A stretch of 63,583 bases of DNA, the filler included, from Octopus bimaculoides (lineage: Eukaryota): the NCBI RefSeq assembly GCF_001194135.2. It is 4 parts of 4 records of this genome, joined end to end, with 100 filler letters (N's around TTAATTAATTAA, not from the genome) between each part and the next. Parts side by side here need not be neighbours in the genome. Positions count along the whole stretch, not along the records: positions 1 to 24,721 come from NC_068988.1; 3 more parts are not named here. One strand, 5' to 3'. The notes beneath the pieces were generated by a model. It was not told the origin of the DNA. It made no database searches and saw nothing but the letters and a program-made list of their open reading frames with translations. This document shows positions 1 to 12,700 of this stretch, one piece after another (the stretch's first letter is position 1; each line of letters opens with the position of its first letter). The position numbers and the translations under genes were made by a program.

Positions 1-710
1 AACAGGGTGGACGCACTGATCAGGGTGAAAAGGGCGTGGCTGGAGGAACCGGAGGAAGCAAGGAAAGGGATAGCGGCAGTGTGTCGGCTGGGTGACTCCA
101 AACTGAAGGAGCTACATGCTATGCACCACTTGGGGGTGGATAGGACCCTGTATCTGGCGAAAATGGTTGATGCTAACGTCACTAAGAGAAACGTTAAGAA
201 AGTGGTCGCAAAATGTGACAGATGCCAGTCCATTGACTCCGCCCCGGGTGGGCATGAGCAGGGGAACCTCTCAGTAGAGGGCAACTGGAGGAGACTGGCT
301 GTGGATGTGATGCACTACCGTCAGGAAATGTATCTCAGCATGGTTGACTGTGGGCCAGGCCGTCTGGCCATTTGGAGGGAGCTGAGGACAGGCATTGCCG
401 ATGAGATTGCCCGCATTCTGAACGGGATATTCTTGGAGAAGGGTCCTGTGGAAGAACTGCTAATGGACAACGGGGCGGCATTTCGTTCGGAAGCGTTGGG
501 AGAGATGCTTGACCTGTGGAAGGTGCGACGATTATTTAGAGCGGCGCATAGGCCGAGTGGCAATGGAATCGTTGAGAGGCACCATCGACGATCAAGGCCA
601 TGGCTGAAAGGGGGCACATTTCGCCCCTGGAAGCGGTCTACTGGTACAACATGTCTCCCCGAACCGGACAAGCGGAAGAGTCTGTGCCGCACAGAGCGGT
701 GTTCAAATAT
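1..710 (+). mobile_element. Ty3/Gypsy-type LTR retrotransposon pol remnant (integrase), frameshifted, runs into an N gap
   Basis: GC-rich island. Translation shows a zinc-binding HHCC region (LHAMHHLG...CDRC) and a DDE core (LAVDV...LLMDNGAAF...NGIVERHH). A 1-bp frameshift near 588 joins ORF 7 to ORF 600 (intact reading would be ...HHRTIKAMAERGHISPLEAVYWYN). Confidence 0.88.
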
Positions 711-1257
711 NNNNNNNNNNNNNNNNNNNNNNNNNNNNNNNNNNNNNNNNNNNNNNNNNNNNNNNNNNNNNNNNNNNNNNNNNNNNNNNNNNNNNNNNNN
801 NNNNNNNNNNNNNNNNNNNNNNNNNNNNNNNNNNNNNNNNNNNNNNNNNNNNNNNNNNNNNNNNNNNNNNNNNNNNNNNNNNNNNNNNNNNNNNNNNNNN
901 NNNNNNNNNNNNNNNNNNNNNNNNNNNNNNNNNNNNNNNNNNNNNNNNNNNNNNNNNNNNNNNNNNNNNNNNNNNNNNNNNNNNNNNNNNNNNNNNNNNN
1001 NNNNNNNNNNNNNNNNNNNNNNNNNNNNNNNNNNNNNNNNNNNNNNNNNNNNNNNNNNNNNNNNNNNNNNNNNNNNNNNNNNNNNNNNNNNNNNNNNNNN
1101 NNNNNNNNNNNNNNNNNNNNNNNNNNNNNNNNNNNNNNNNNNNNNNNNNNNNNNNNNNNNNNNNNNNNNNNNNNNNNNNNNNNNNNNNNNNNNNNNNNNN
1201 NNNNNNNNNNNNNNNNNNNNNNNNNNNNNNNNNNNNNNNNNNNNATTGGAGTAGGGG

Positions 1258-1550
1258 TGAACGTGATCTTTAAGATCAGGGTGGCGTGTGGTATGACGTC
1301 AGTGTCTGGGGAGGCTGACCGGAAGGGGAAAAAGGGCAGAGGGAGCCTCGATCGGGATTCGTGCCCTTTTCGAACGGGGTTGTGGTCAGGACAAGACGTG
1401 TTAAGCGACAGTCTAGGTTTGGGAGAAGCAGCTGCTATTCCTGGTGTACTTTGGGTCGGGGCAAGCTTCAAGGATTGGATACCGCAAGACAGACTCGCAG
1501 TCGAGGAAAGGAAAACCGAGGTAAGGCGATTACATCTACTCGTACGCACA
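1258..1550 (+). mobile_element. Possible 3' LTR of the Gypsy element
   Basis: GC-rich non-coding block after the gap, preceded by purine tract GGAGTAGGGG (PPT-like), starting TG and ending near CA. No second LTR or TSD visible; right end approximate. Confidence 0.4.
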
Positions 1551-2660
1551 CACCACATGAAACATCCCCATTGATACTGGTGACATGATAAAATGCACCA
1601 ATTACACTTTGTTAAGGGCATCCAAAAACCAATGCAAAAATGAAATCTGCAAGTGAAATTTGATCTTTTGACCTTCCTAAAAAGTTGTAACTTTGATTAC
1701 AAATCAAATTTATTCAGTCTAGTATACTTGGAAAATGAACAAGCAACAACAATAATGATGATGAAAATTGTGTGTCTGTGTTTGTGTGTGTATACATAAA
1801 AGAAGAACACCAGTGGGAAATGGGATTCAAAATTCACAACAGCTATTTTGGCAGCATTTTTTGATACATTCTTAGATGATATCAAGACAAAAATCTGCCA
1901 TCTTCAGGTGATTTCAAACAAATAAACAGGTAAGACAGAAAATACGAGATGACTTGCTCACCAAGCTACATGGTGGGAAGAATCCTGCAACTGAACATTA
2001 TTTGTATATATATAATTTCATATTTGCTTTTAAGTCATTAATCATCATTTTTCATCTTCTGTAACATATTCCTGCATGGCAACAGATGTGCATAAGAGGA
2101 CAATATAGATAACAGACCCTTTTTTCCTTAAATACTAATACTCAGTTTTCAGGTTCTTTCTCAGTATATCTGCTTCCCCCTTGTTGATATGACCTGTTTC
2201 TCTACATTTGTCTCCATATTATTTATATTATTTTCAATGTATCTCAAGCTTTTGTGACCAACCCACCTGAAATTGCCTCTGGTTCCATGATACAAAACTT
2301 CCCTTTTTAAAATATTCATATTTTAAGATATTCCATCAAAAATTTATGAGAATTTTTTTATCAATTTATGTTCCAAACATCAGATTAATGAAAAATCTCA
2401 TTTTTATTAAATTCTTTCAAATTCTTGATTATTTTCAGATCTAATTAAAATGCATATGTTGTGCATTTCACTAAAAATATGGTCACAAAGTATTAAATGC
2501 ACATATACACACACTCACACATACACAGACATACACATGCATGAATGCACATGTATATGTGTACACTTACATACACATACATACACACAAAGTATTTCTT
2601 GTCAATAATTTCTAATCCTGACTCATTCTAAGCTTTGGTCAACTACCTTCTTTCAAACAG

Positions 2661-2804
2661 GATCCAAACATTCTGGGGTACTTGACTTTCTGCGTGGCAG
2701 TACTTCAAAAGAAAGGAGCCCCAAACTGACTCACAAGTTTGATCTCATAGATATAGTTCGCTACAATCCAAAACTGGATGCTGACAGTGTAGAAAGTGGA
2801 ATGG
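2661..2804 (+). CDS. PIKFYVE: PIKfyve exon (phase 1-1): xSKHSGVLDFLRGSTSKERSPKLTHKFDLIDIVRYNPKLDADSVESGM
   Basis: tttcaaacag|GATCC...ATGG|gtatgg, 144 nt. SGVLDFLRG resembles vertebrate SGMLSFFRG just upstream of the kinase domain. Confidence 0.8.
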
Positions 2805-3963
2805 GTATGGACTTGTTACTTGTAGTTGTGTTGTTCCTGATTTTCAATCTTGAACTTCTGCACGGCTGTCATTCACCCTCACTGGAGGATTGCTGATGTG
2901 TACAATATGCTTTATCTTGACTATTTCCTCACAAATAACTACCGTTGATTAATTATAATAATTCATCATCTAAATGTCATTTTTCTGCCATCATTTTTGT
3001 TTCATCTCCTACCTAGCACCATTTGATGTGATTTAGAAAGTTGTATAAAATGTAACCATTTAGAAAATTATATATACATGCAGGTGTCCCAAATAATCTA
3101 GTGGTTAGGATTCCACACTCTCACCGCAGCAGCCAAGGTTCAGTTCTCTGTTTGGAAAGAATGCTTTTGACTTTGGGTTTCTTGTGGAAAGATGGTGTAA
3201 TTTATCTTTTAGATTCCAATGTGGTTGTGTAGTAAGAAGTTTGCTTCCTGACCACATGGTTCCAAGTTCAGTCCACTGCATGGTACCTTGGGGAAGTAAC
3301 TCAGTCTGAAGTAACTCACCTTGGTCTGACCAAATCCTTGTGAGTGGATTTGGTAGATAAAAACTGAAAGATGCCCATTGCAATATATAAATGTGTGTGT
3401 GTCCCATTGCAACTTGACAACTGATGTTGGTTTGTTTACATCCCCATAAGTTTGGCAAATGAGACTGATAGAATGAGTACCTGACTTTAAAAGAAGTACT
3501 AGAGTTGATTCATTCAGCTAAAGATGCTTCGCAAGGTGATGCCCCAGTATGGCCACAGTGAAAAGACTGAAATGAGTAAAAAATAAAAGATACATATACA
3601 TACTTATTTAAGCTCTTCCATCCCACCAAAGCATAGGCCATTGGTGACAACTATTCTCCATTATTCTCGACTCTGAGCTACCTTCTCTCTTCCTCTCCCA
3701 GGTCCTGTTGGTTTTCGATTGCAATGGATGCTTTTCTAACTTTGATTTTATCTAAATAGGGAAGCTGGCCCTACACAAACCCATTTTTATATCTGAGAAG
3801 AGGTAATCCATATTAGTCGGGTCTATATCCCTTGACCTGTCTGTCTAGCATGGGAAACACTAGGAACTTGCACTCCGTTAGCATAGATCTCAAAGGTCAT
3901 CGAGGCATGCAAGCTACCATCCTGCAACAAGAACTGGACCTTGTGGTGGGTATTTATATACAC

Positions 3964-4019
<56 letters not shown>

Positions 4020-6536
4020 CATACATGTATATATGTATAAATGCTGGTGGCATATAAAAAGCACCCAGCACACTCTGTTTGGGTGGTTGGTGTTAGGAAT
4101 GGCATCCAGCCACAGAAACCATGTCACAACAGACAATTGGAATTTGGACAGCTTTCAGCTGGCCAGTTCCATGTCAAACTGTCCAGCCCATGCCATGAAA
4201 AGTGGACATTAAATGGTAATGATGATATACACACACACACACACACACACATATATTTGGTTGGCAAGATAGTAATTTTGTTTTTCGCAAATAGACAGAG
4301 TTAGGATATTTTTGAATGACTTTTGTCAATGTTATGATTTTTACCTTTTGACATTTGTTAGCCATTACTGTTAGCTTACTTTTGAAGCAAATTGTGCAAA
4401 TTTTTGTTTCCAGCTGTTAGTTCAGTGTCAATTTTAACATGGAGTGCAAAAATGAACCTTTTTGCCATATTTTGTGTTTTTATTTCCATAAATGCAAGAC
4501 AGCTACTGAGGCTCACAAAGAGATATTTGAAGTTTATGGTACTGATTGCTTAACAGAACGCACATGTCAGAAATAGTTTGAAAAATTCCATTCTGGAGAT
4601 TTTTCACTCAAAGATGACCAACGTTCTGGTCGACCTACTGAAATTGATGATGACCGAATCAAAGCCATAATTGAATCTGATTGTCATATAACTATGCGAG
4701 AGATTGCAGAGGGGTTAAATGTATCACACACAACAATTGGAAATCACTTAAAATGTCTTGGACTAGTTAAGAAGCTCGATATTTGGGTTCCACATAAATT
4801 GAAAGAGATTCACTTAACACAACAAATCAGTATTTGCGATGTGCATCCCAAACACAATGAAATCGACCTTTTTTTATGAAACGAATCATCACTGGTGATG
4901 AAAAATGGATTGTCTAAAATAGCATCAATCGAAAACAATCATGGTCCAAGCATAATGAACCAGCACAAACCACATCGAATGCTGAATTGCATAAAAAAAG
5001 GTCATGCTGTCAGTTTGGTGGGATTACAAAGGTGTTGTGTATTTTGAGCTGCTTCCAAGGAACAAAACAATCAATTCAGATGTTTGTTGTCAACAACTAC
5101 TGAAACTGGGAGAAACAATATGAAATGTGTCCTTTTTTTAAGACAGCAGTGTGTGATTTGAGAGAGGTTTGACTGCTATTTCTAATAAGCTAATTGACCA
5201 TTTAGAGACGACATTGTTGGTTCATATTGTCTAGAAAGTTGTGAATGGTAGAAGATTACAACTAATACAGGAAGTATGACTCAATCTTAGTGACAAACCT
5301 TGTTTAGATGAATTAAGAAGATAACGTGTTTTAATTCTTGAAAGCTATTTTATTTCAATAAAGACAGCATCAAGAGGGATTACTTTTGCAGGCTCATAAA
5401 TGACAAGATGAACCAATATCATAGAGGTGGCATTTTTGTACACTTTCCAGTTTCGAAGTACAAATGCCCAAAAGCCAAATTTAAACCAGTTTCACAGTAG
5501 CAATGTTATAAAGATTAGGACAGGGTCATCATTACCAATTAGCAGTTCAATGAAAATATTACCCTTGATAATTAGTATATAGTCATTGTTAATATGTTAA
5601 TGTAGAGTAGACATGTGATGAGATCAGTGGGAAGATATGTTGGCAAAGAAATAGATGGTTGACACAAAATAAGTTTGGTTATGTTGCAAAGGAAGAAATA
5701 GAACAGCATGATAAAAGTGGTGATGAGGATGATGTTAATGATAAAGATGATGATGGTGAGAATTTTACTTTGTACAGCAAAAAATATCACTAGAATGCTT
5801 GTGGTGGCAGTTGATATTATGATTGTAATAAACAAGATGTTGTTTGTCTTGTAATGCATGTAATTATGATGAATACACTGTTTGTTGCACATGTATGCTT
5901 TGTAATCTTAGTGTTTGCTTTGCATGTTAACATTTTATGAATTGTATGCTATTTCATAAAGCCATTTACTAATGTGTCTTGTCCAGTAGTTCAGCTAGCT
6001 GCAATAATACATGTCTTGTGTTCATGGTGTTTTGGTATTTTTTTTTTCTTTTAATCAACTGAAATTTATATTGTACAGTTTCCTCAGACTTTTGAAAGTT
6101 CAATTATTAGCTGTTTTTAACTAAAAAATGTTCTTAATTTTCCAGCAGCTTTTGTAATTTGAAAAATTTTTTTAGCCATTTCTCAATGTTTGGGTAATTG
6201 GAAAAATTTTGTTAAGATTGATGTGATTTTATGCCTGTCCTGTATATGTAATATAATGTGTAGCTAGCATCATGTCATAGTGATTCTGTCCACAGTTATT
6301 ATTAACTTGAAACATTTTCATTTTCCACATATATGCAATATGTGATTATACACTCGTCTACAGATGCAGATAGCATATTCACTTTTACAGAATCAGAGCA
6401 ATAATAATTATACAGTCTATGTAGTTACATTTACTAATATAAAGTTTTGCATACATATATTCCTTGAGTGTTTGTTGAGATGGTGTTACCAATACAATTT
6501 CTACACTTTGTCTTTTTCAGTTTTCTACAATATATT

Positions 6537-6591
<55 letters not shown>

Positions 6592-6667
6592 CTTATAAAC
6601 TTGTAATGTACTTGGTAATATATAATGGTTGCAAAATGATATATGGTGTCCCTACCTGCAGTTACTA

Positions 6668-6717
<50 letters not shown>

Positions 6718-9700
6718 TTGTGTGAGTGTATACATAGAAACTTAATAAATATACTACTTATTTTGGTAGACTTGTACATTTTCTAGGGGGAAAAAAATGA
6801 AGATAAGAGTGATTAAAAATTAAACTCCTTAACTTAATCAAAAGATTAGTTTGATACAAATTCAACCCTTTTTAATATAAATATTATGTTTTTTCCCCCA
6901 TTTGATATTAAATAGAACTTACAGCCTCCTTGGTAAATTATGTTCAGAAAAGCAGTTGATATTATATGTCTCTTAAATTGAAAAAAAAGAAGCATTATAT
7001 TTGTCAAATGAAAATATCTATTTAAGAGATTTGATGCCACATGTAGGTATGACATGTATTGAATGTAATGTATTGGATGTGTAATGTGGAATTGCTTAAA
7101 AGCAGTGTGCAAGTGAGCTGAGAGAGCATATGGGCATTAAAGACATCAGCTGAAATCTGCAAGAGAGATGATTGCACTGGCAAAGATGACATATGATGTG
7201 GATAGATAATGAGTGTCAGTTGAAAACAGTAATTCTGGCTATGGGCAGTGGAAGAGGATGATCAAATATGGTTACAGAAAGATGTGATAAAGTCAAATCT
7301 GAAGATGTTGGACCTGCCCCAGATGACATAACAAAAGATTGAGTTGAGTGGTGATACAATATTGCTGACTTATATTATCAGTTGGATGGGTCTTATTGTT
7401 CAAGCAGACCTGTGGCACAGAAGTTACTGATCAAAAAAGTATGGAAGTGACCTATGGGTCCACTGGTAACTAGTCAATATTGTATTTCACTCGGGGATTG
7501 TACCGTGTCATAAAATGTGTGGTTGAGTGGGATGCAGGCCTGGACATGTTCAATTTTTTTTTTTACTTGTCTAATCTGTTTTTGATTCTGTTGAGACTGG
7601 GCAAAATTTGAACTCCAATATTCTATTTTCTTGAGACAAACAATCATTGTACATCAATGTGCTTGTTATAAATGTGTACATATCATTATTCCTCAATATT
7701 TTCCTCCAGATGTTAATGACGGAACTAGTTCAATTCCTGTTGATGGGGAGAAGAGCAAACCCTGCAAGGTGGCCATTAACCCACATATTGACATCCGTAA
7801 GTCCTCCATCATATTTTGTTTCTAATTCAACATTTCCTCCTACTTTATTCTTTTCTTCATTTTCCATCTTTCAAATCATTTTTTGTTTTCATCTTCTTTT
7901 TCTTATTACTTCTTCCTCTTGCTATTTCATTATCTTCATAATTTTTGCTGCACTTTTTTTGTTCACTTCATCTTTTTCTTCATTCTCATTTTCCCCTAGC
8001 TTCTTTATTGTCAGTGGTACCTACCCACCCTGCTGTCTTTACTGTTATACTTCCTTTGTTCATAAATCAATGCTTCAAAAGAACATTTATTACCGAGTAA
8101 CGTAACAAGCAAAATAATATAATCACTACCTTATAACTCCTGTAAATAGAATGTTTTCTGGTATCTGTTTCTCTTGATATCATTAGACAGATAAGTCAAT
8201 CTATCTGATTTCATCAGCACCAGAGAAAAACTCAATCCAATTTGAAGAAAGATGAGTCTAAAAGATTGTGATTTAATTAACAAAACATTTTTTTCTTAAT
8301 TATTGTAGCTTTAATTTGTTTTCCATTTTCTAGAGTTTTCCGATTCCTCATCTCGTTTCTATTGCCGTGTACATTTCGCTGAACATTTCAGACAACTGCG
8401 CTCTTTGGTATTTCCTGCCGGAGAAGACGTGTAAGTAACTGTAACAATCTAGTTTTTGTTGCAACGAGGGATTTGAGTTCAGATTTGACACCTCACACCT
8501 GTAATATCTTCATTCAAATTTTTGCATATGTAGGAAAATAAATTTTCGTTTTTAAGTCTTGAAGTCTCATGTGGGAATAAGATATTATTGTCAGGAAGTT
8601 GGCACAAGCAAATCCCAAAACCTAGTTTTCAGTGATGAAGTAATGCTAACAACAGCAGCAACAACAATAATGATGATAATAATAAATAATCCTTTCTACT
8701 AAAGACACAAGGCCTGAAATTTTGTAGGGGGGGTGACTAGTTAATTACATCAACCCTAGTGCTTAACTGGTACTTATTTTATCAACCCCAAGAGGATGAA
8801 AGGCAAAGTTGATCTTGACAGAATGTGAATCAAAATACTACTGAGCATCTTTCCCGGCATGCTAATGATTCTGCCAGCTCACTGCCTTAATAATGATAAG
8901 AACAACAATAATAATGATGATAATTGTCATTTCAAATTTGACACTTGGTCAGCTGTTTCAGGGAGAAGAGTTTAGTCAATATCATTGACCCCAGTACTTG
9001 ACTAGTACCCTAATTTATTGACCCCACCAAAAGGATGAAAGGCAAAGTTACATTTTTAGATGAGGAATTCAGCTGCTGCGGAAAGATGTTTTCTAGTTAC
9101 ATCAGGCTTAGAATTCACCAAGGGAAGGTGTGTCAGAAGAAGGTGATTCAACAGTGTGGGTGGAAAAACCAGAAGATGTGTGACCAGAACCTCCTGGAAA
9201 GAAACCATAGCAAGGGTCATTCAACAGTCGAATTGGAACAGCCAGGAAAAGAGATAGGCGTGAAGAAGCCAAAGGTTAAGTGACTGAAGGCAAATGATGC
9301 AGCTAGCTATAAGAAATTTGATGACAAGGTAGCAAGAATGACCACCAAATTCAAAGGGGATGATGATTTAAAGGGAAATTTGGCAGGGTGGTCATTCACC
9401 TGCTGACATTGGTTGATGCTGCATCGAAGAAACCAAAGAACAAAAAATGGCCAAAGGAAAAAGAAAAAAATACACTCAACACCAGAGCTAAAGACACCCT
9501 TGAAAAGAGGGTGAGGGTGCCACGTCAAAATCGGTAGAGGAGTAGGGGCTGAAACCGGATGTGGTTCCTCCTAATAATGTCCTTAGCCATTGAATCCTAT
9601 AAAGAAGCTGTTGAAGTAGTGAATCACGAAATGTGGTTGGAATTCCTCAGGCAGAATTTGAACTCAGAGCATAATGAGTCAAAAGAAATGCTGCTAAGCA

Positions 9701-12700
9701 TCTTCTGTGCTAAAATTTCTGGCTGCTCACCACCATAATAATAATAATAATGATCTATAACATAAGCAGATAACCACACAAACTTTGGAAGGGAGAACAG
9801 TTGATTAGATCAGCTTCTGTACTTATCTAATACTTATTTTTTGTTATTCTAGAAGGAGGAAAAGTAAAGTCACTGCTAGTAAAATTTGAACAAGATATTA
9901 TAAGGCCTTTCTGCTGACTCTACCATACTAGTAATCTAAAAATACACTTTCTTTTAATAAGTTAGTCAGAGGAGAATGACTGTACCTAAGATCCTTGTAT
10001 ACTCTCCCAGATTGACAAATTTTTTGTGGCCATTGCCCAATCTGTAGGTCAATGTCTACAGGTAAAATGTGAAGTGAGAGGGAATCAGGATTCTTGTCCA
10101 AATGCTTGTGAGTAAACTCTGTTAAAGGCATCCAAAAGCCAGTGTTTGACCTCAGAACATCATCATCATCATCGTTTAACGTTCACTTTCCATGCTGGCA
10201 TGGGTTGGATGTTTTGACCGAGGACTGGTGAGCCAGATGGCTACACCAGGCTCCAATCTGATCTGGCAGAGTTTCTACAGCTGGATGCCCTTCCTAATGC
10301 CAACCACTCCGAGAATGTAGTGGGTGCTTTTATGTGCCACCGGCACAAGGGCCAGTCAGGCGGTACTGGCAACAGCCACACTCAAATGGTATTTTTATGT
10401 GTCACCTGCACAGGAGCCACTCCAGCAGCACTGGCAACACCCTTACTCAAATGTTGAATAGCCATGATTGAATAAAGCTATGATAATTAGAAGTATCCCA
10501 ACCATGATCATTTCATCTTCTATTTTGGTATTCTGGGTTTTTTTTCTTCCAGATATAGTGTATCTATGACCAGGCCTGTCACCAGACTTTGATGCCTGGA
10601 GGGTGCTTCAGAATATTTAAATTTGTATTGTGGGAAGATTTTTGTAAAGTGTATTTTCTAAATCTGAGGGTGCACCATTGAATAGTGAGGGAGTAGTGCT
10701 GTCCAGTGTGCCTCCTTAGCAATGGGCATGTCTAGCACTGAGCTGGATTAAGACCCATAAAGACCGTAAGCACTTAAAAGATTTTGGCGGCCTCATATAT
10801 GTATGCAATTCAAAATATAAACAATTATAAACCATAAAATAAATTTCTAATTTTCAAAATGAAACAAAACTAACAGTAAAGATGGAAAATAATGTTTATT
10901 TTTGTATACTACCACTTTATATTTGAAAAGTTTTCTCCTACTTTTTTTAATTGCAAAGTCTTTGTAATTAACTATGACACCATGACTACTTTGAAATTAT
11001 AGTTCCAATCATATAAACCACTTTCAATACTATTTTAGCAAGTTTAAAGTGATTTCTTTTGTGCTGTAAACTATTTACCATTTCTGTGCTGCCTCACTTC
11101 CCTTGATGGTAATCCCTTCACTTGATAGTAATAACGGTGCCATTTTTTGTCATTTTGGAATATGACCATATTATTCATGTCATGTTTCAGTTTTATTCGC
11201 TCAATGAATCACTGTCAACATTGGTCGGCTAAAGGTGGAAAATCAAGATCAGCTTTTTCAAAGACCTGTGGTAAGTATACATATTTCTGTAGACTTGGCC
11301 TTTTAAATCATAGCTCTAAAAAAATATCTGTTTGGTGTAAATCATGAATGCAAAACAACACACATATATGCATACATACATATACATGTCTGTATGCATA
11401 CACACACATATATTATATATCTGAGTGGTTGGCGTTAGGAAGGGCATCCAGCTGTAGAAACTCTGCCAAATCAGACTGGAGCCTGGTGTTGCCATCCGGT
11501 TTCACCAGTCCTCAGTCAAATCGTCCAACCCATGCTAGCATGGAAAGCGGACGTTAAACGATGATGATGATGATGATGATGATGAGGTGTGGAAGCTGAC
11601 CATTATAAGTTGACATTGATTGTTCTGTTCAGACTTCTCTGAACAAAATGCCCTTGGACTGTAAGTAATGCTGTTGGCATCATCCACTGCCACCAGACTG
11701 CTTCTCTGGGCCTCTACACCAAGTGGTGTACAAGAGTGCAGGCTGCTCACAGTAGCAACTCACTTGCTGGTTGACATCCAACTGTTGTCTGGTGGTACAG
11801 ACATTTTATTTGATCACAATAACCATCAAACAGTTGGTCTATGACTCCTCTGCCTTATCAGTTATCCAATGTCCTGCTGTCAACAGACAGAAGGGGTGAC
11901 TTACTCTTCCTTTTATGGCCTGCCACTGATGTGGGTGCCATACTGCGTATGTATGTATGTATATATANNNNNNNNNNNNNNNNNNNNNNNNNNNNNNNNN
12001 NNNNNNNNNNNNNNNNNNNNNNNNNNNNNNNNNNNNNNNNNNNNNNNNNNNNNNNNNNNNNNNNNNNNNNNNNNNNNNNNNNNNNNNNNNNNNNNNNNNN
12101 NNNNNNNNNNNNNNNNNNNNNNNNNNNNNNNNNNNNNNNNNNNNNNNNNNNNNNNNNNNNNNNNNNNNNNNNNNNNNNNNNNNNNNNNNNNNNNNNNNNN
12201 NNNNNNNNNNNNNNNNNNNNNNNNNNNNNNNNNNNNNNNNNNNNNNNNNNNNNNNNNNNNNNNNNNNNNNNNNNNNNNNNNNNNNNNNNNNNTATATATA
12301 TATAAATCTTTCCAAAAGATTTGAGACATTCCGTTTTTCAAAAAAAATATTTTAAAATAGTTAATAATGTTTAAGAAAATCTTTCTTTAAATATTATGAT
12401 TGAATCAAGTATTTTTTGCAGAAACTTTTAAATACACACACACACACATAAATACATATGTATCATTATCATCATCACCACCATCATCATCATCATCAAC
12501 ATTTAATGTCTATTTTCCATGCTGGTTTGACAGGATCTGGCAATCCGTAAGGCTGTGTCAAGCTCCAATGTCAGCTTTGGTATGGTTTCTATGGCTGGAT
12601 GCCAGCCTCTGTACTCATTTTATGATTCTTAAAAAGAGAATTTTTAGAATTGGATAATAAAATAAATTACTGACACTTGCAACCAACTTGTTTGTGCAAT

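Noticed and set aside
1875-1936. Exon-like segment ending AAACAG|gtaaga upstream of exon 2661
   Set aside because: The phase needed to join exon 2661 contains TAA; other phases give stops after splicing.
5608-5790. Acidic open frame (…KSGDEDDVNDKDDDG) with a GTGAGA donor-like site in a PIKfyve intron, a possible alternative exon
   Set aside because: No polypyrimidine acceptor in the required phase; GAT-rich low complexity; flanking exons already join in frame.
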